This document shows, in pieces, positions 1-8,312 of a DNA stretch of 33,824 bases (position 1 is its first letter; each line of letters starts with the position of its first letter). Origin of the DNA: Polyangia bacterium (GTDB taxonomy: Bacteria > Myxococcota_A > Polyangia > JAAYKL01). The notes under the pieces were generated by a model, which saw only the letters and a list, made by a program, of their open reading frames with translations, did no database searches and was not told the DNA's origin. Location: assembly GCA_050287845.1 (NCBI GenBank), contig JBNKCR010000015.1:1-33824 (forward strand). Reading direction: 5' to 3'. Made by a program: the position numbers and the translations under genes.

Positions 1-240
1 GTGTAGCAGCAGGTATCGATAAAAGACGTCGGCAAATGGCATGGCATGCATTGCAACTCTGGTTACGTGCGTCTGGACTGTAGGATTTCCCGACGAGCAA
101 TTCAACCGAGGACAGCGTGACCACAAATCACCCGGAACGAACCTGGGCATTCCGTCTGAACCCTGAACAAAATATCAAATAAACCGCAGATTCATCGCGC
201 ATATCCAAACTTCGTACAACGGAACAATAATCACTCTGAG

Positions 241-268
241 CCAATTTTCGTGGGCCAATTTTCGTGGG
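241..268. repeat. 14-bp tandem duplication (CCAATTTTCGTGGG x2) upstream of the PfkB kinase
   Basis: Two exact adjacent copies at 241-254 and 255-268. Confidence 0.9.
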
Positions 269-388
269 GCAACCGACGCAAAACTGGCGTCACTCCATAT
301 CGGCAGAGTTCCGATGACCTGTTTTATGGATGTGAATATACATAAATAAGAGAAACTTTTTGAGAAACATCCAGACCAGGGAGGACGT

Positions 389-1264
389 ATGTATCGGGCA
401 TATTGTTTTGGCCACATTTCTACCGGAATATTGTATCGGATTCGCGGTGTATATCCGGATGCAAATGGATATGGCGAAATCATTTCTCAAGCCAGAAACT
501 TTTGTGGTGAAGCGCTCTCTTCTGCAGTGGTGTTACGCCGGCTTGGTGTAGATGTATCGTTGGAAGGGAACTGGCTGGGCGACAGCAAATCGGGGCAGCA
601 GACCCGTGCGTTCATTTGTGGAGAAGGAATCGATGATACACCAATTGTGACTCCCCCGGGCTATGCAGGTATTGAGGAAATCATGATTTGCGACAATACA
701 TCGCGAACGGTGTTTGGCCGCTATGAGGCGTTGCTGTTTACCACAAGGCAATGGGAGATGCCGACAGTGTCACGGGTGCAACAGGCGCATGTCGCTTGTG
801 CCGACCCATCTTTTGGTGAAGCAACAGTGCAAGTGGCATTGGCTGCGAAAGAAAAAAAAATTCCATTTGTGGCCATTGATACGGCATTTGACAATCCCCT
901 GGCATCACATGCGGCGGTGGTGATTGTATCGCAGGATTTTCTTCTTCGAACCTACGGCGCTTCGGATTTTCATGAGATCTTTAACAACTATTTGCAGCAT
1001 TGTGCGGGGCTATCTATTTTCACATTCGGAGAATCGGACTTGTGGTTCGGAAGAACCCATAAAAAGACCATGTCGCCCAGCAAAGTAACAGATGCAGTTG
1101 ACACGGCCGGCGCCGGAGACTCGTTTCGCGCGGGAATCATGTACGGCTTATTGCATGGGATGACCGACATGGAAATGATTCGCTTTGCCTGTGATATTGC
1201 CGCAGAGGTAGTGCGTTCCACTCCCGGCGTGATCGGGTTTCGGGTGAAAAACCATCAATTATAA
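389..1264 (+). CDS. PfkB/ribokinase-family carbohydrate kinase
   Basis: 291 aa. C-terminal PfkB signature VDTAGAGDSF, N-terminal CGEALSSAVVLRRLG and LGD..G motifs, and a GGAGGA RBS upstream. Confidence 0.9.
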   Translation: MYRAYCFGHISTGILYRIRGVYPDANGYGEIISQARNFCGEALSSAVVLRRLGVDVSLEGNWLGDSKSGQQTRAFICGEGIDDTPIVTPPGYAGIEEIMICDNTSRTVFGRYEALLFTTRQWEMPTVSRVQQAHVACADPSFGEATVQVALAAKEKKIPFVAIDTAFDNPLASHAAVVIVSQDFLLRTYGASDFHEIFNNYLQHCAGLSIFTFGESDLWFGRTHKKTMSPSKVTDAVDTAGAGDSFRAGIMYGLLHGMTDMEMIRFACDIAAEVVRSTPGVIGFRVKNHQL

Positions 1265-1344
1265 CCATCGCTCGGCGCCGCCATCAAAACCGTAAGAAGT
1301 CCTCTCGTCTTTTAATCGACGCGACCTGCTGCCGCGCCTGTGGC

Positions 1345-1430
1345 CCTTTTTCAAACGCCTTTTTCAAACGCTCGGAGTGATTTTTTCGGAGTGATTTTTT
1401 CGGTGATTTTTTCGCTGTGATTTTTCGCTC
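1345..1430. repeat. Cluster of short tandem repeats: CCTTTTTCAAACG x2, then GTGATTTTT(T)CG x4
   Basis: Units at 1345 and 1358, and GTGATTTTT at 1377, 1391, 1403 and 1417. Lies in the convergent pfkB/GH43 intergenic region. Confidence 0.85.
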
Positions 1431-1552
1431 TGAAGAATCAGTCCTGCAAAATGCCATAAGCGTCACTGTGTGCCTGTTCGGTAAATGAGCATACCGCGGT
1501 CCCATCTGCAAACAAAAAGTTTTTGCCGCATTCCTCAACAACATCGCCCTGA

Positions 1553-3406
1553 CTAGTCAACAACTTTGAATGTGGCATCCTGTTTTTCTTGATCTGTTGA
1601 GTCTGCTGATACTGTATCAATTCGTAATTTATAATCATAGTGCCTTAAATATCTATTCGGATAGCTATATGACTGATAAGAGACCCAATTGGGATCAGCA
1701 AATCCTTCTACTTCATAAAATGTGGAATCCTGAGCAAACTGACCAGTACTATCATTCTCATGCAGATAGATAATGTAATTAGAGGGACTTAAATAATAAC
1801 CAGGATGATTAACTGACTCAAAAGAAACGCCACTTCCTGCCAATCCTTTTACTATCTTCCACATTGAATCGGCCACAGGATTTACATTTGCATCAATTCT
1901 TCCTTCAAAGTCGTAATGTCTTACATATCTATCCGCATAATTATAGGATTGAATCCTGGAAAAAGACTCACTGGGCCATTTTGCTCTAATTGCATTCAGT
2001 TCATCAATCGTGATATTCAAAATACCACCATGGCGTTTATGACTTATTCCCAGTGAATACTCAGAACTATCGACAATGTCAAAATTACTTGCAGCGGATA
2101 AATCATGAGATACGAGGGGCAAATAACCTCCACCCGTAGCATATTGATCTACCATCAAACCCCACCGGCTGACATTGTTGAACTTGTATAGTATAGGCCC
2201 TTCTACATCAGCGCCTGTCAGACCTAAATGGGAAATATTTCCAAGAGTTGTCCAGACTCCCAGTATTGAGTTGCTACCTTCGAAGGTAATCTGACCATCC
2301 CCCGAAGCACGATAATATTTATAAGTACTGTTTGCTACTTTGATAATCTGAGTGTCAATAATTCCCTGACTTCCCGGACGATTGATATACATCTGAGGTG
2401 TCGAGAAATCCCTGAAATCAGTTGTTGTTGCATAGTATATTCTGGCTTTATCTACTGCATCCAAGGGGGAAATTGTTGCCCAGTATACGACATAACTACC
2501 TATGGTTTCGTCATATATTGCTTCAGGTGCCCAAGCACATCCTGCATCTGGAATAGATCCAGCAACATCTGCCAGCCATGGTTCTGACCAGTTTACTAAA
2601 TCAGTGGATTCCCAGATGACCAGTGAAGTACTGCCACTATGCATTGCAACGTTCCATCCTTTTCCACTGGCAATTCTGAGGTCAGTTGCAATAATCCAGA
2701 ATTCAGTACCATCTACAGAACGGATCAGAGATGGGTCACGTACACCCAGTTCGCCAACATTTGAAACCAGGACCGGTGCAGAATTATTGACATCTGTCCA
2801 GTTTAATCCGTCACTACTGACAGAAAAATATATCTGTTCTCCAGTTGGTGATTCACCTGTAAAGTGACCAAATAAATATGCATCTTTTTCTGGAGAAGTA
2901 TCACCCTGCTCTGAAGTATCACGCGGCTCCGAAGTATCACGCGGCTCTGAAGTATCACGCGGCTCTGAAGTATCACGCGGCTCTGAAGTATCACGCGGCT
3001 CTGAAGTATCATGCGGCGCTGAAGTATCACGCGGCGCTGAAGTATCACGCGGCTCCGAAGTATCACGCGGCGCTGAAGTATCACGCGGCTCCGAAGTATC
3101 ACGCGGCGCTGAAGTATCATGCGGCGCTGAAGTATCACGCGGCGCTGAAGTATCACGCGGCGCTGAAGTATCATGCGGCGCTGAAGTATCGCGCGGCGCT
3201 GAAGTATCACGCGGCGCTGAAGTATTACCCTGCTCTGAAGTATCACCTGGCTCTGAATCATCACCTGGCTCTGAAGTATCACCTGGCTCTGAATCACCAC
3301 CTGGATCTGAAGCATTATTTTCTATTCTGGTGTCGTCGCTATTCATTTCTTGGCCGCAAGCGACGGCTAGAAAAAGCAATAGCCCAAGAAGTCTCTGCTG
3401 CATCAT
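1553..3406 (-). CDS. Lipoprotein: repeat linker + GH43 five-bladed propeller glycosidase + C-terminal AbfB (CBM42-like) domain; probable arabinofuranosidase/xylosidase/galactofuranosidase
   Basis: Signal peptide ends LAVAC. GH43 motifs YLFGHFTGE, GVRDPSL, AWAPEA, IIDT and VEGP. AbfB-type repeats QSYNYADRYVRH, SFESVNHPGYYL and QSYSYPNRYLRH..QDATF. AAGGAG RBS. Confidence 0.9.
   Translation of the reverse strand: MMQQRLLGLLLFLAVACGQEMNSDDTRIENNASDPGGDSEPGDTSEPGDDSEPGDTSEQGNTSAPRDTSAPRDTSAPHDTSAPRDTSAPRDTSAPHDTSAPRDTSEPRDTSAPRDTSEPRDTSAPRDTSAPHDTSEPRDTSEPRDTSEPRDTSEPRDTSEPRDTSEQGDTSPEKDAYLFGHFTGESPTGEQIYFSVSSDGLNWTDVNNSAPVLVSNVGELGVRDPSLIRSVDGTEFWIIATDLRIASGKGWNVAMHSGSTSLVIWESTDLVNWSEPWLADVAGSIPDAGCAWAPEAIYDETIGSYVVYWATISPLDAVDKARIYYATTTDFRDFSTPQMYINRPGSQGIIDTQIIKVANSTYKYYRASGDGQITFEGSNSILGVWTTLGNISHLGLTGADVEGPILYKFNNVSRWGLMVDQYATGGGYLPLVSHDLSAASNFDIVDSSEYSLGISHKRHGGILNITIDELNAIRAKWPSESFSRIQSYNYADRYVRHYDFEGRIDANVNPVADSMWKIVKGLAGSGVSFESVNHPGYYLSPSNYIIYLHENDSTGQFAQDSTFYEVEGFADPNWVSYQSYSYPNRYLRHYDYKLRIDTVSADSTDQEKQDATFKVVD
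2897..3310 (-). repeat. 18-bp coding tandem repeat, about 23 units, encoding S(A/E)P(R/H/G)DT
   Basis: Plus-strand unit is about CTGAAGTATCACGCGGC(G/T). The translation gives 23 hexapeptide units (aa 33-170). Confidence 0.95.
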
Positions 3407-3702
3407 GGTCTCTCCTTATACGTCCCCAGCCTATGGGATTGTGATTGCAGTCCTGCCGGTGTTACCCCGGAATCGCACCAGGATCGGCACAGCTTGGATA
3501 ATGTGAAGCTGAACGGATAGCCAGAGGCTGGATATGTACCCAATAGTACACTTATTTCGCCGAAGCAATAGCAAGATTTCTGTCCGCTTAACATTTCCTC
3601 CCGTTTTTGTCGGATAGCAGGGGCGCCGCATCGACGATGTTACATAACAGCAGTGGTTCATTTTCGGTAGTGTTTCATTTGGAGCGAAAAGGGCTGAGAC
3701 AT

Positions 3703-4100
3703 ATGAAGAATTTCACGTTTTACAATTCGGTGAAGGTTGTGTTCGGGGCAAATACAATCAATGAACTTTCGAATTTGATTCCCCCGGATGAGCGAGTCAT
3801 GTCGACCATGGGAACGGGATCCATTCGCAAAAGCAGAAATCCGGAAAAATTTTACAGTATGCCCGTCGGGTCTGGGGAATTGAGGGCGCCAGTGATGATG
3901 CAATTATTGATGAGTGCATTGCAAGGACAAAACAATTCTTTGAAGAAACCGGTTGCCCCACATCGTTGGCGGCCTGCAAGCGTACTGCTGCGGATTGTAA
4001 AAGCATCTCCAGAACCCTTGCTGCAAGGGGCATGATGATTGGTGAACGGGGAGACATTGGTGAAAAGGAAGTGGACGCGATTATCGCACTCTGCACCTGA
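3703..4100 (+). pseudogene. yqhD: Iron-containing alcohol dehydrogenase (YqhD/BdhA type) remnant with a large internal deletion and frameshift
   Basis: From ATG 3703 it reads MKNFTFYNSVKVVFGANTINELSNLIPPDERVMSTMGTGSIRK, the YqhD-like N-terminus with the GxGS motif. A different frame from about 3828 reads QKQKSGKILQYARRVWGIEGASDDAIIDECIARTKQFFEETGCPTSL...GERGDI...CT-stop (4100), matching the YqhD C-terminus (KLLQYAERVWNI.EGSDD..ID..IA.T..FFE..G.PT.L). About 250 central residues are missing. Confidence 0.85.
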
Positions 4101-4108
4101 GGGGGGTA

Positions 4109-4819
4109 TCAGTCGTCTCTGTTGCCGCCAATCAGACCCAGACGAATCAGATAGTACAGAAGAGTCATAATGGCTGTAACTGCGGCAGCCACGTAGGTCA
4201 TCGCCGCAGCGGATAGCACTTTTGAAACGCCCTGGGCGTCACCCCGGGTAACCAGGCCCATGGAGGAAAGTTCTGCCTTTGCCCTTGAGGAAGCATTGAA
4301 CTCAACCGGCAGAGTGATGAGCTGGAATATGACCGTCACCGTGAATAACGCAACGCCAACATACACGAGCTCCAGCATGTGCAATAAAAAGCCACCTATC
4401 ATAATGATCCATGGTGCATACGATCCCAGTTGCGCCAGAGGCACGGCTGCGGAACGAAGCGCCAGCGGTGCATATCCTTTGGCGTGTTGCAGTGCATGGC
4501 CAACTTCGTGTGCGGCTACCGCCATGGAAGCTACGGATGGTTCCCGATATACCTGCGGGGAGAGTCGCACCACTTTACTGCGGGGATCATAATGGTCCGA
4601 CAACATTCCCTGTGTTTCTTCCACATGGACATCGTGAATCCCATTGTTTCGAAGAATGCGTCGCGCAGTTTCAGCGCCGGTCAGACCTCGTGATGACGGG
4701 ATGCGGGCGTATTTGGCAAATGTAGTTTTCACTTTCAGCGAAGCCCACCCCGCAAGCAAAAATCCGGGAATCAGCATTATCAGGTAGAATGGGTCAATAA
4801 ACATTCCAAACAGAGGCAT
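4109..4819 (-). CDS. Membrane zinc metallopeptidase, YugP / Zn_peptidase_2 family
   Basis: LSDHYDP, AAHEVGHALQH (HExxH), TLPVEFNASSRA and AAAMTYVAAA motifs, with hydrophobic segments. Confidence 0.92.
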   Translation of the reverse strand: MPLFGMFIDPFYLIMLIPGFLLAGWASLKVKTTFAKYARIPSSRGLTGAETARRILRNNGIHDVHVEETQGMLSDHYDPRSKVVRLSPQVYREPSVASMAVAAHEVGHALQHAKGYAPLALRSAAVPLAQLGSYAPWIIMIGGFLLHMLELVYVGVALFTVTVIFQLITLPVEFNASSRAKAELSSMGLVTRGDAQGVSKVLSAAAMTYVAAAVTAIMTLLYYLIRLGLIGGNRDD

Positions 4820-4896
4820 CCGTCACCTTCCTTTCCTGACCGACTATGTATGCACGTCGGGAGGAAAGTCAATTTCAGAGTGGCTGCGGTACATTT

Positions 4897-6729
4897 CTAC
4901 TGGAGAGAGGCAGGAGGGGGCACCTGCGGAATTTCCACCGCTGTGGTAATTGCCATGTTGATTTCGCTGATGCTGAATGGCTTCTGAATGAAATCAATGG
5001 CGCCTTCCGCCAGCAGGTTGTCCACGCGGACGGTATCCCTGGAGTAAGCGGAAACAAATATAACCTTTACATTCTGATCCAGCGCTTTGAGACGCCGGAA
5101 GACCTCGTCCCCTTCCATGCCTGGCATGATGAGATCGAGCAGAACCACATCAAATTGATAATGTTGATTCGTATACTTGCCAATGGCTTCCTCGCCGTTC
5201 GATGCTTCGATGACATCGAATCCCATCTGAGAGAGGATTCGTCTGCCGCTGCTACGTACCAGCGGTTCGTCATCCACGAGAAGGACAGTCCCCTGCTGTA
5301 CACCGCTAATCCTTGTGGGATGTGAATCCTTTGCCATTCGGAGTGTGTTGCGGGTATATTCCGGCAGGTAAATGGTGACCGAAGTTCCCTGATCAATGGC
5401 ACTTCGAATCAGAACGGCACCGCCGTGATTGGTGATGGTGCCATAGACCATGGAGAGTCCGAGCCCCGTACCCTCTCCCATTTTTTTAGTGGAGAAAAAT
5501 GGCTCAAACGCCCGTTCAATCGTTCCTTCCTTCATTCCCCTGCCGGTATCGGAAACAATGACTTTGATGAATTTTCCCCGGATACTTTCCAGCCCGGATA
5601 CGCCCTGTCGCTCTATTTCGTCCACCCGCTCCGTGGTGATAACGAGGTGGCCGTCTCTTTCCATTGCATCCACGGCGTTGTTTATCAGGTTTACGAGTAC
5701 CTGATTGATTTGACCGGGGTCGCCTTCGATACATGGCAATTCCTGACTGAGGAATGTTTCGAACCAGATATGATCAGGGATGCTTCTCGACATGAAGGTT
5801 TTCACGTCGCGGATCAGCTGATTGACGTCGATTTGCTCCCGCCGATACTTCCCTTTCTGCGCGAAACCGAGAAGGTTTGAAGTTAAATTTTTTCCGCGGT
5901 TGCATGCTGCCAGAACGCTTTCGAGATCTTCTGCAATTTCCTGGCTGATGGCCGTGTGGTCCTGCAGCAACGATTCCGTCGTTCCTGAAATCACGGCGAG
6001 CATGTTGTTGATATCGTGTGCCACGCCGCCCGCAAGGCGTCCCACTGCTTCCAGTTTCTGTGCCTGGCGCAGCTGATTTTCGAGACGATTCTGTTCGAAC
6101 TCTGCTTTCTGGCGTTCGATGATTTCCCGTTTTGTATCTTCAATGGATTGAGCGAGTTTTTCTCTGGCTTCTTTGTCTTTGTGGTGGAGGGTAATCAATT
6201 TAATCGTTCTGCAAATGCGAACCTGGAGCAACATGAAAGATGCGAGGATGGCAGTGACAATCGCCAGACTGTAGTCGATGAACTCGGATGGCGAAAGGCG
6301 ATGGGCGCCAATGACAAACCAGGCAATCAACGTGGTGATGAATGTGACCAGTGCCCAGGGAATGGATAGGAAGATATTGCCGACCACAAGATAAAAAATA
6401 AGAAAGTGGATGGTGAACACGGGTCTGGGATCGAGATACATGGAGTGAAAGGTGCTCGAAGCAAGGGTGAGCATCAGCAATGTCATCACCGGGTGAGCCA
6501 ACCGACTGGGTATTTTTTTTCGAACCTGGAGCCAGGCAGTGGCAAAGGCCGCCATCGCGAGAACGGAATCGTGCAGCATCACCTGGGGCTGTGTATCCCG
6601 GGTTACCCCGAAGAAGTTGAAGACGGCGAACAGCGTGACGATGAATCCAATGGTTAGCGATACATAAAAAATGTAGGTGGAGGCTGTTTCATTCAGTTGA
6701 TCGCGGTGCTGAGGGTAGGTCGAAAACAT
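4897..6729 (-). CDS. Membrane hybrid sensor histidine kinase / response regulator (HisKA-HATPase-REC)
   Basis: About 5-6 N-terminal TM helices. H-box QAQKLEAVGRLAGGVAHDINN, N-box NLINNAVDAM, DTGRGM, FEPFFSTK..GTGLGL. Receiver motifs VLLVDDE, LLDLIMP and FIQKP. Confidence 0.93.
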   Translation of the reverse strand: MFSTYPQHRDQLNETASTYIFYVSLTIGFIVTLFAVFNFFGVTRDTQPQVMLHDSVLAMAAFATAWLQVRKKIPSRLAHPVMTLLMLTLASSTFHSMYLDPRPVFTIHFLIFYLVVGNIFLSIPWALVTFITTLIAWFVIGAHRLSPSEFIDYSLAIVTAILASFMLLQVRICRTIKLITLHHKDKEAREKLAQSIEDTKREIIERQKAEFEQNRLENQLRQAQKLEAVGRLAGGVAHDINNMLAVISGTTESLLQDHTAISQEIAEDLESVLAACNRGKNLTSNLLGFAQKGKYRREQIDVNQLIRDVKTFMSRSIPDHIWFETFLSQELPCIEGDPGQINQVLVNLINNAVDAMERDGHLVITTERVDEIERQGVSGLESIRGKFIKVIVSDTGRGMKEGTIERAFEPFFSTKKMGEGTGLGLSMVYGTITNHGGAVLIRSAIDQGTSVTIYLPEYTRNTLRMAKDSHPTRISGVQQGTVLLVDDEPLVRSSGRRILSQMGFDVIEASNGEEAIGKYTNQHYQFDVVLLDLIMPGMEGDEVFRRLKALDQNVKVIFVSAYSRDTVRVDNLLAEGAIDFIQKPFSISEINMAITTAVEIPQVPPPASLQ

Positions 6730-6848
6730 GTTTGTATCGGCTTGCTATATCCTTTGCCGGATCCGTTCGGCGTACAAATCCGGATAGATGTAGTGTTTTT
6801 AACTATTCTTTATCAATACCCTCGTGCAACCCGGCGGACAAGATTTAT

Positions 6849-6864
6849 TGGAAAAACCATTGCA
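6849..6864 (+). promoter_or_regulatory. Candidate sigma54 -24/-12 promoter for the fibro-slime gene
   Basis: TGGAAA-AACCA-TTGCA has exact GG-N10-GC spacing. The -24 box only partly matches the consensus. Confidence 0.3.
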
Positions 6865-6999
6865 GAAAACGAGTTCCACAGGAGGCATTCCGGTGTTTCA
6901 GATATGGTTTTGAATGCATTGTCCATTCTCTTTTGAGCAATTTTTCCATTAGTACTTTTCCAAAACGTTGCAATTTCGTATTCTGAGTTGAGAATTCAA

Positions 7000-7020
7000 T
7001 ATGACTGAAAAAGAGTCATA
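7000..7020. promoter_or_regulatory. Inverted repeat TATGACT-N7-AGTCATA (operator or hairpin candidate)
   Basis: Perfect 7-bp arms 36 bp upstream of ATG 7057. Confidence 0.35.
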
Positions 7021-7056
7021 GGCTTATTTTTTTAATGAAAATAGAGGAGAGAAAAG

Positions 7057-8139
7057 ATGAATGGTCCCCGGAAAGAGTACGACGCCCGTTTGGGATTGCA
7101 ATTATGGTTTCTATTGTTGCTCGTGGGAACAATTGGGGCAGTGAGTGCCTGCACTGATGATGCGGCTAAAAAGGTAGACCCGGATCCCTCGGACGCGGAT
7201 TCGGATTCTGACGCCGATTCAGATATGGATTCAGATATGGATTCAGACACGGATTCTGACGCGGATTCGGACAGCGACGGTGACCCGGAATTGCCGCCGA
7301 ACACCTGGTATGATTTTGATGAGTATGAGCCGGGTCAGGGCAGTTGCGGCAAAGTAATTCTTGCGACATTTCGGGATTTTACTTCAGACCATCCCGACTT
7401 TGAGCGGATTAACCTCGGTTGGGGACCTCTGCAGGGGGTACTGGACCCGGATTTGCCCTCCAGTAAAAAGCCTCAGATGATTGACCCATGGGGAGAATTT
7501 CAGGTGGTGGACACCGCCTGTCAGAAAGAATGTCCCAACGGCGGCAATCTTGAGGGGGCGAGGCTGGATTCAACAAATGAATGGGATGTGAACTGGGAAA
7601 ACAGCAACAAGGTTTGGGAGTCCTATGACCCGCCACCGCCAATGTATGATGGCATTTCGTCGTTTGAGGAGTGGTACACCGATGTGGACGGAGTGAACTC
7701 GCGGGTACAGAAATGGTTGAGCCTCGCGAAAGAGAACGATGGAAGTTATGTGTTTGATTCCAAACGGTTTTTTCCTATTGGCGAGGACGAAGGCATGAAG
7801 GCTGAAAATAATCAGACTGATGCCGATGGAACACCTCACAATTTCCTGTTCACCACGGAAGTGCATCTGCAGTTCAAATATTCCGGGGGGGAAAGGTTCA
7901 CTTTCCGCGGAGATGATGACTTGTGGATTTTTGTGAATAATCACCTGGCGCTGGATATTGGGGGAATGCACTGGCCATTTGAAGGCACCATCGATTTCGA
8001 TAAAATGGCCAATGAGCTCGATATTGAGGAAGATGGTACGTATGATATGGATATTTACCATGCGGAACGGCACACCGAAGCGTCCAATTTCCGCATTGAG
8101 ACCAATATTGATTGCTTCATTAATGTGTATGTGGAGTAA
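7057..8139 (+). CDS. Lipoprotein with Asp-Ser repeat linker and fibro-slime (PA14-like) domain
   Basis: Lipobox VSAC. Motifs ATFRDF..HPDFE, FFPI, HNFLFTTEVH, FTFRGDDDLWIFVN.HLALDIGGMH and YHAERHT..SNFRIET. GAGGAG RBS. Confidence 0.92.
   Translation: MNGPRKEYDARLGLQLWFLLLLVGTIGAVSACTDDAAKKVDPDPSDADSDSDADSDMDSDMDSDTDSDADSDSDGDPELPPNTWYDFDEYEPGQGSCGKVILATFRDFTSDHPDFERINLGWGPLQGVLDPDLPSSKKPQMIDPWGEFQVVDTACQKECPNGGNLEGARLDSTNEWDVNWENSNKVWESYDPPPPMYDGISSFEEWYTDVDGVNSRVQKWLSLAKENDGSYVFDSKRFFPIGEDEGMKAENNQTDADGTPHNFLFTTEVHLQFKYSGGERFTFRGDDDLWIFVNNHLALDIGGMHWPFEGTIDFDKMANELDIEEDGTYDMDIYHAERHTEASNFRIETNIDCFINVYVE
7189..7284 (+). repeat. Coding Asp-Ser/Asp-X dipeptide repeat (about 32 aa)
   Basis: [32 protein letters not shown]. 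Confidence 0.9.
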
Positions 8140-8188
8140 CTCCACTGTTGACAGGTTCTTTCCCGACATATTGTATTGACCCCGATGA

Positions 8189-8202
8189 TGCCTTATAAGG
8201 CA
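8189..8202. promoter_or_regulatory. Perfect 14-bp palindrome TGCCTTATAAGGCA upstream of the TPR gene
   Basis: Seen directly in the sequence. Lies near TTGACA (8148) and TTGACC (8176), neither of which has a well-spaced -10. Confidence 0.3.
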
Positions 8203-8312
8203 AAAAGTTCGGTGAATATCAGCGGCGCCGATGGTCTGTCGACAGGTGACGGCGGGCGACGCTGTTATTCTCCTGTGAAATGGCATGCATTGCGGGAAGA
8301 GAGGAAGTGTAC

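Noticed and set aside
1..151. Possible start of a minus-strand gene running off the window edge
   Set aside because: An open frame exists (MPRFVPGD...), but there is no clear RBS or recognisable motif and it is truncated, so I cannot support it.
1284..1544. 86-aa Lys-rich minus-strand ORF
   Set aside because: Its composition comes from the T-tract tandem repeats, it has a weak start, and it shows no protein-like motif.
2897..3310. Repeat array as a CRISPR
   Set aside because: The 18-bp units are head-to-tail with no unique spacers, in frame within a CDS, and no cas genes are present.
2803..3444. Repetitive ORFs (ALKYHA)n and (RVILQS)n
   Set aside because: These are shadow frames of the stop-free 18-bp repeat in the GH43 gene.
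3607..4035. 142-aa ORF as an intact gene
   Set aside because: It is a chimera of the yqhD N-terminus and out-of-frame read-through, explained by the pseudogene.
41..8293. 14-bp exact match ATGGCATGCATTGC at 41-54 and 8280-8293, resembling a sigma54 site
   Set aside because: The GG-to-GC spacing is 8 rather than 10, and a single 14-mer match is plausible by chance in 34 kb.
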